This document shows, in pieces, positions 21,712 through 25,890 of a stretch of 25,890 nucleotides of DNA (positions within the stretch are counted from its first letter, which is position 1; every line of letters starts with the position of its first letter). This DNA is from a virus, in the UHGV virus genome UHGV-0306558. One strand, given 5' to 3'. Both the position numbers and the translations under genes were made by a program. The notes below the pieces were generated by a model that saw nothing but the letters and a program-made list of their open reading frames with translations, made no database searches and was not told the DNA's origin.

Positions 21712-22084
21712 CTTGTTTCTCCTGAATGAATGGCAGGAAGTGATTAACCATCCTGTCCAGCATGTAACAGTACGTCTCGTTGGCATCTTCAGGCCTTGTC
21801 GTCACGCCGACATCAGAGCAAACGTAAAAGCAGACGTGGGCGCACTCATGAACGAGCGTAGCGATCTGCTGATCGAATACTCCAATCAGATAGCATCGCT
21901 CACCCGTATCAGTGTTTTCATAGTTGCTTGCAAACCCAAGATTGAATGGCTTCTCATCCCCGCTGCCGCCAAGGAATTTATCAGCGTGCTGAAACTGTTC
22001 TCTGGTTGTTGCGAGGTAGACATGTGCACTTTGAAACAGCGGAATGGTGAACGCCGGGAGTTTGTGCCATTTGGCCTTAGCCAT
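21695..22084 (-). CDS. Hypothetical protein with HExxH motif (possible small zinc metallopeptidase-like fold)
   Basis: 129 aa; motif LVHECAHV at residues ~87-94. GGAG upstream; tightly packed after the preceding ORF. Confidence 0.55.
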   Translation of the reverse strand: MAKAKWHKLPAFTIPLFQSAHVYLATTREQFQHADKFLGGSGDEKPFNLGFASNYENTDTGERCYLIGVFDQQIATLVHECAHVCFYVCSDVGVTTRPEDANETYCYMLDRMVNHFLPFIQEKQDVSLE

Positions 22085-22085
22085 A

Positions 22086-22328
22086 TCACACTCCAGCAGT
22101 GAACAGGTCTAACGCTTCCTTCGACTTACGCACCGCTTCGATAGTGCGGGTCGTGATATCTGAATTAGCGCCACCTGACTGGAAGTGAATTTTGAATAGC
22201 TCAAGCTTCAACTCGTCAGTGCCAATGAACTGAAATGCTTCTTCTGCGGCTGCGTTCTGGTTCATGACCAGTTTGTAAATCTCTAACTGGAATTTCTGTT
22301 CTTCAGTCATGGGAATAATCTCTGCCAT
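22086..22328 (-). CDS. Hypothetical 80-aa protein
   Basis: ATG 22328 with GGAG 6-7 nt upstream; helical-looking product. No recognisable family. Confidence 0.5.
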   Translation of the reverse strand: MAEIIPMTEEQKFQLEIYKLVMNQNAAAEEAFQFIGTDELKLELFKIHFQSGGANSDITTRTIEAVRKSKEALDLFTAGV

Positions 22329-22622
22329 TGTTGGCTCCGTTTATCCGTTAAAAGGGATATCAGTTAAGTTATCCCGTGTAGGGTATAAGCCATTGTCGAG
22401 ACCACTCATTGAATGGTCTCTGCAATAACCGATGTCTTTCCATCAGTACGCCACCACAAAGAATCTTTTTTGCCATAAGGCTGGAGGTTCATCTTTCAGT
22501 GGCTGCCAGTGTTATTTCCCCACTTACTGGCTTGGGTTGTTTCGCTGTACTGCCGTAACTGGTTACCCAGAATAAATTCCGGTTTCATTATCAAGCCCAC
22601 CCGTAGATAGGCTTTGTAATGG

Positions 22623-22910
22623 CTACTTCTTCAGAACTGATTCGATGAATTCACGTCGGGGATGACGATAGTTCAGAATATCTTCTGGCATCCTCATAAA
22701 GCGGTTGTTGCCGTCTTTGGCAGTAACAAAACAGCTGTGAACTCCGCAGACATCCGTTTTGATTGTGTCGCTATACTCAAAAAGCAACTGAGCCATCTTC
22801 TCTTGCCATTCTGGCGGCATAGCCTCCATGAATACTCGCGGCATCACGCAGAACGGCGCATGCGTAAGACCAAACCACAGTTGCAGGTCTTTACGATATT
22901 CTTCATCCAT
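22623..22910 (-). CDS. Hypothetical 95-aa protein
   Basis: MDEEYRKDLQLWFGLTHAPFCVMPRVFMEAMPPEWQEKMAQLLFEYSDTIKTDVCGVHSCFVTAKDGNNRFMRMPEDILNYRHPRREFIESVLKK. The track ORF starts at TTG 23030 and would run through a terminator-like hairpin, so ATG 22910 is preferred. Confidence 0.45.
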   Translation of the reverse strand: MDEEYRKDLQLWFGLTHAPFCVMPRVFMEAMPPEWQEKMAQLLFEYSDTIKTDVCGVHSCFVTAKDGNNRFMRMPEDILNYRHPRREFIESVLKK

Positions 22911-22931
22911 CGTCTTTACCTTTGTTGCAAT

Positions 22932-22954
22932 AAAAAGCCCCGCAAATGCGAGGC
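22932..22954 (-). terminator. Intrinsic-terminator-like hairpin plus U-run, 20 nt upstream of the 95-aa ORF
   Basis: Minus-strand RNA: GCCUCGC-AUUU-GCGGGGC (7-bp stem with one G-U pair) followed by UUUUUAUU. Confidence 0.45.
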
Positions 22955-23129
22955 TAAATCCTGGTATTTGTAATGAACTGGCTCTTATCTCAACGCGGCC
23001 CCTTACCGCGCGCCAGATGCTCAATATCAAGCATCAGCAATGAGATGTTTAATCTGGATTCACTCCAGAAGTGTTCACCACCCTGCCTACAGAGCCAGAT
23101 GTGAAGGATGATGAGTAAAATTATCGCTA

Positions 23130-23567
23130 TCATCGAAGGCATTGCGTCCTGATGTACTCCTGCAGGTAGTTAACCTGCGCGGTTATCCTGTCTATTCCAC
23201 TTCGGAGACGGTAATAATTGAGTTCAGCATCTGCTGTAAGTCTTGGGCTTTCTCCATTGCCCATGCGGCTGGCTCCGGTCGTTGACTTTGCACAGGTGGC
23301 GGCGACTTGCAGGCGCTTACGGCCAGCAGAAACATCATCACGGAGACTTTCGATAGTCGCGTTAGCATCAGCAAGCTCCTTTGTGTATCTGGCGTCGAGT
23401 TCTGCTACGTCACGTTGACGCTTCTGCATGTCAGCGATTGTGGATGCGGCCTTATCTCGCTGCTCTTTGTAGGTCATGGCGTTATCACGGTAATGATTAA
23501 CCGCCCATGACAGACAGACGATGATGCAGATAACCAGAGCGGAGATAATCGCGGTTACTCTGCTCAT
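23130..23567 (-). CDS. Rz: Spanin inner-membrane subunit (Rz)
   Basis: 145 aa with N-terminal TM helix ([18 protein letters not shown]) and coiled-coil periplasmic domain. Start overlaps endolysin stop (ATGA). Confidence 0.85.
   Translation of the reverse strand: MSRVTAIISALVICIIVCLSWAVNHYRDNAMTYKEQRDKAASTIADMQKRQRDVAELDARYTKELADANATIESLRDDVSAGRKRLQVAATCAKSTTGASRMGNGESPRLTADAELNYYRLRSGIDRITAQVNYLQEYIRTQCLR
23192..23368 (-). CDS. Rz1: Spanin outer-membrane lipoprotein subunit (Rz1), embedded in Rz in another frame
   Basis: [36 protein letters not shown]: signal peptide, lipobox LAVSAC and Pro-rich mature region, all typical of Rz1. ATG 23368 preferred over TTG 23374. Confidence 0.75.
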   Translation of the reverse strand: MLTRLSKVSVMMFLLAVSACKSPPPVQSQRPEPAAWAMEKAQDLQQMLNSIITVSEVE

Positions 23568-24040
23568 ACCTCAATCTCTCTGACCGTTCCGCCTGCTTCT
23601 TTGAATTTTGCAATCAGGCTGTCAGCCTTATGCTCGAACTGACCATAACCAGCTCCCGGCAGTGAAGCCCAGATATTGCTGCAACGGTCGATAGCCTGAC
23701 GAATATCACCGCGATCAATCATCGGTAAAGCGCCACGCTCTTTAATCTGCTGCAATGCCACTGCGTCCTGGCTTTTGGGGGAGAAGTCTTTCAGGCCAAG
23801 CTGCTTACGATAGGAATCCCACCAACGGGAAAGAAGCTGGTAGCGCCCGGCTGCTGTTGATTTGAGTTTTGGGTTTAGCGTGACAAGTTTGCGAGGGTGA
23901 TCGGAGTAATCAGTAAATAGCTCTCCGCCTACAATGACGTCATAACCATGATTTCTGGTTTTCTGCCGTCCGTTATCCGTTCCTTCTGACCATGCCACCA
24001 TATCGAGGAAAGCCTTACGCTGAGGATTAAGATTTTGCAT
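23564..24040 (-). CDS. Endolysin, lambda R-type lytic transglycosylase
   Basis: [75 protein letters not shown]... is very close to lambda R as recalled. SD GGGGTG upstream. Confidence 0.92.
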   Translation of the reverse strand: MQNLNPQRKAFLDMVAWSEGTDNGRQKTRNHGYDVIVGGELFTDYSDHPRKLVTLNPKLKSTAAGRYQLLSRWWDSYRKQLGLKDFSPKSQDAVALQQIKERGALPMIDRGDIRQAIDRCSNIWASLPGAGYGQFEHKADSLIAKFKEAGGTVREIEV

Positions 24041-24332
24041 TTTTCACCCCTGTCAGTCGTTCCCAGAAGTACGTCAGTGCAACCGAACCCATCGCACCAC
24101 TAATCCCCGCTGTCGCGAGAATCATGTAAATACTGAATCCACTTTCGATGCTGATCAGGCCACCAATAACACCGGTGAATCCTGATACCACTATCTGAGC
24201 CAGAGCATTTATCCAACTCCACGTTGCTTTACTCTGCTTCACATCTATCAGGTAGCGGACCAGACCGCCCCAACCTGCGATGATCAGCAAAACGAGCCAG
24301 AACGCTCCGGCAAGGCTCTCTTTTTCGTGCAT
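24027..24332 (-). CDS. Holin (three predicted TM helices)
   Basis: Immediately upstream of and overlapping the endolysin gene. Three hydrophobic segments and a charged C-terminus. ATG 24332 (MHEKESL...); the track start at 24344 is TTG. Confidence 0.75.
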   Translation of the reverse strand: MHEKESLAGAFWLVLLIIAGWGGLVRYLIDVKQSKATWSWINALAQIVVSGFTGVIGGLISIESGFSIYMILATAGISGAMGSVALTYFWERLTGVKNAKS

Positions 24333-24444
24333 ATGAATAGCCAATATTTCGCCGCCGACAAAAGGCCGGGACGTTAAATGTCAGAAATCAGGCTCACGGG
24401 GTAATTTAACGACAAAGCACGGAGTTGATGCTCCCCGCAAGCCT

Positions 24445-24472
24445 GGAATAAAAAAGCCAGCATGTAGCTGGC
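24445..24472 (-). terminator. tR'-like intrinsic terminator downstream of the late promoter
   Basis: Perfect hairpin GCCAGC-ATGTA-GCTGGC (24456-24472). On the minus strand it is followed by UUUUUUAUU (plus-strand A-run 24448-24455). Confidence 0.75.
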
Positions 24473-24641
24473 AACAGAGGGTTAAGCAATATCAACTCAA
24501 CAGCTGAAGACACCCTGGCTGGGGTAGGTTGGAAGGCTACTCACCGTCCAGAAACAGAAAAGCCCAAAGTTTTAAACCTCGGGCTTGAATTTGGATTACT
24601 GCCAGTGCGTACAACATTGGCAAAATATCAGATTTACACGA

Positions 24642-24670
24642 AATATATACTTTTTAATCCATTTTTGCAA
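24642..24670 (-). promoter_or_regulatory. PR'-like late promoter (Q-utilisation region) overlapping the 3' end of the Q-like gene
   Basis: Minus strand: TTGCAA (24670-24665), 17-nt spacer, TATATT (24647-24642). Lies about 170-190 nt upstream of the tR'-like hairpin, like the lambda PR'/6S RNA/tR' arrangement. Confidence 0.6.
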
Positions 24671-25343
24671 TACTTTGCTGTGAAAATGTCGTCTTTTGTT
24701 TTGAACGTGCTTTCGTTAAAAGCAATAAAGCTTGGCTATCAAGCTGTAGAAAAATGTGCTTCATTGCAACCCAGCGTTCAGTGAATGTCTCAGACCAGTT
24801 TTTTGATGTCACTCCCACCAGTGATGCCAGCTCCTGGTATTCATAGGTCTTACGCCCTGCCAGCTCGTTCTTCACATCCTGTGCCGCCAGCCAGATCAAC
24901 TTCTTCAAACGTTCCAGTGTTTTACCTGCAATTTTCCTGGTACCCAACAGAGTCTTAAACTCGCTCCATGCCCACTGCGTTATGGTGACCTGATGTTCCC
25001 AGCGAACACTTTCGCTGTAACTCCACAGCAACCACGCTTTCTGATGTTCTTCGAGAGACAGAACCGCGCGGCGCCATGACGAGGTTGAGAACTCAACCTG
25101 GCTGACCAGTGCAATGGATGAACCTTTTGCGTACGACTGCTTACCAGAAATCGGCGGATTATCCAGCGTAATCATCCTGCCCGTTACCTCATCCAGAATG
25201 CGCGGCTTCTTTCGTTTATATGTACCAGTATCAAATTGTGCATGCTCCAGCCAGGCTTCAAGCTGGCCTTTCGTTGCTCCGCTCAAATCAGCAGTAGCCA
25301 CAATGAGTTGCTCGCGGACATACTGTAAATATTGGGTATTCAT
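24654..25343 (-). CDS. Late-gene antiterminator, Q-like (P22 gene 23 position)
   Basis: 229-aa ORF between the nin-region genes (rusA, ylcG-like) and the promoter/terminator/lysis cassette. Assignment is mainly positional. Confidence 0.65.
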   Translation of the reverse strand: MNTQYLQYVREQLIVATADLSGATKGQLEAWLEHAQFDTGTYKRKKPRILDEVTGRMITLDNPPISGKQSYAKGSSIALVSQVEFSTSSWRRAVLSLEEHQKAWLLWSYSESVRWEHQVTITQWAWSEFKTLLGTRKIAGKTLERLKKLIWLAAQDVKNELAGRKTYEYQELASLVGVTSKNWSETFTERWVAMKHIFLQLDSQALLLLTKARSKQKTTFSQQSIAKMD

Positions 25344-25480
25344 GCGGCAGCTCCTTTCAGTGTTTTGGCGTAATTCTTCAGTATCCGGTAATCGGTCAAA
25401 ACAGAACCGGGGAAACGATATAAGCGCAGGCGCATCCAGCGGTGGCGAAGACGTTCTGCCATATAAGACTCAAACATCAT
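25340..25480 (-). CDS. ylcG: YlcG-like small protein (46 aa)
   Basis: [46 protein letters not shown] resembles DLP12 YlcG as recalled. Start overlaps the rusA stop and stop overlaps the Q start (both ATGA). Below the track cutoff. Confidence 0.6.
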   Translation of the reverse strand: MMFESYMAERLRHRWMRLRLYRFPGSVLTDYRILKNYAKTLKGAAA

Positions 25481-25839
25481 TCATCTCCCAGTTCAGTGAT
25501 GGTCAGTTCCAGCTTCCCACCTTTGGTAACGGGCATCTTCACAACACGGTAATCAACGACCTGAGCATCATCCAGCCAGAAACCTGCTTTGGTGAGTGCG
25601 TCAAAAGCGGCTTTTTGCAGATTATCCAGGTCACGGCGACGGCGATCCGGCATGTGGCACTCAATACGGATTTTCACTGGCATAGCCAGGCCGATATCCA
25701 GCATGGAGCCTTTGATGATTCGGGCGACGTTATCGCGGTATGCCTGCCCTTCTGCGCTGATGTGTGTGCGCCCGCGATTATGGCGGTAATAGCGATTATT
25801 GCTCGGAGGCCAGGGTAATGTGATGCTGTAGGTATTCAC
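25477..25839 (-). CDS. rusA: RusA Holliday-junction resolvase
   Basis: 120 aa, (M)[42 protein letters not shown]... very close to E. coli RusA as recalled. Start codon is GTG at 25839. Confidence 0.92.
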   Translation of the reverse strand: MNTYSITLPWPPSNNRYYRHNRGRTHISAEGQAYRDNVARIIKGSMLDIGLAMPVKIRIECHMPDRRRRDLDNLQKAAFDALTKAGFWLDDAQVVDYRVVKMPVTKGGKLELTITELGDE

Positions 25840-25842
25840 GCC

Positions 25843-25890
25843 TTAATAACCCCCTCTTTCAGCCAGATAACCTGTGTTCTCGCCATACCT
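25843..25890 (-). CDS. 3' end of an upstream nin-region ORF; 5' part beyond window
   Basis: Open frame ending ...GENTGYLAERGGY then TAA at 25845-25843, immediately upstream of rusA. Identity not determinable from 16 codons. Confidence 0.3.
   Translation of the reverse strand, partial: RYGENTGYLAERGGY

Larger units (their letters stand above)
2015..25890. mobile_element. P22/Sf6-like prophage inserted at argW; left end only, right end beyond window
   Basis: Continuous phage gene set from integrase to rusA in P22 gene order. attL core is presumed to overlap the tRNA 3' end; exact boundary not determinable without attR. Confidence 0.85.

Noticed and set aside
22431-22574. 47-aa plus-strand ORF (MSFHQYATTKNLF...) and 28-30-aa minus-strand ORFs in the non-coding stretch
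   Set aside because: No convincing ribosome-binding sites and implausible composition. Region is treated as non-coding pending transcript data.
22911-23030. Longer version of the 95-aa ORF starting at TTG 23030
   Set aside because: The extension would be translated through a terminator-like hairpin and starts with TTG without an SD. ATG 22910 with an upstream AAGG is preferred.
25114-25818. 234-aa plus-strand ORF
   Set aside because: Antisense to the Q-like gene, ylcG-like ORF and rusA, which have strong recognisable products. Judged a shadow ORF.

Overview
The window covers a chromosomal junction of E. coli/Shigella type (mlaA 3'-partial, yfdC, tRNA-Arg argW) followed by about 24 kb of a P22/Sf6-like lambdoid podovirus prophage integrated at argW, which continues past the right edge. 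All protein identifications come from reading the supplied translations and from remembered similarity to P22, lambda and E. coli K-12 proteins; no database search was run. After argW comes a P4-family integrase on the + strand, then everything else on the - strand: tailspike, immI (ant, arc, mnt with Mnt/Arc operators and Pant), an accessory gene pair in the slot where P22 has sieA, ejection proteins (16, 20, 7), gene-14-like protein, tail needle, gp10, gp4, a small EP-repeat ORF, coat, scaffold, portal, terminase large and small subunits, a 1.7 kb poorly characterised interval, the lysis cassette, a Q-like antiterminator with promoter and terminator, ylcG-like ORF and rusA. The best candidates for undescribed biology are the lipoprotein plus small membrane protein pair at 6996-7721, the HExxH and Cys-rich small proteins just upstream of the terminase genes, the hairpin-punctuated non-coding stretches between Rz and those ORFs, and the divergent receptor-binding part of the tailspike. 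No CRISPR array, transposon or rRNA is visible.
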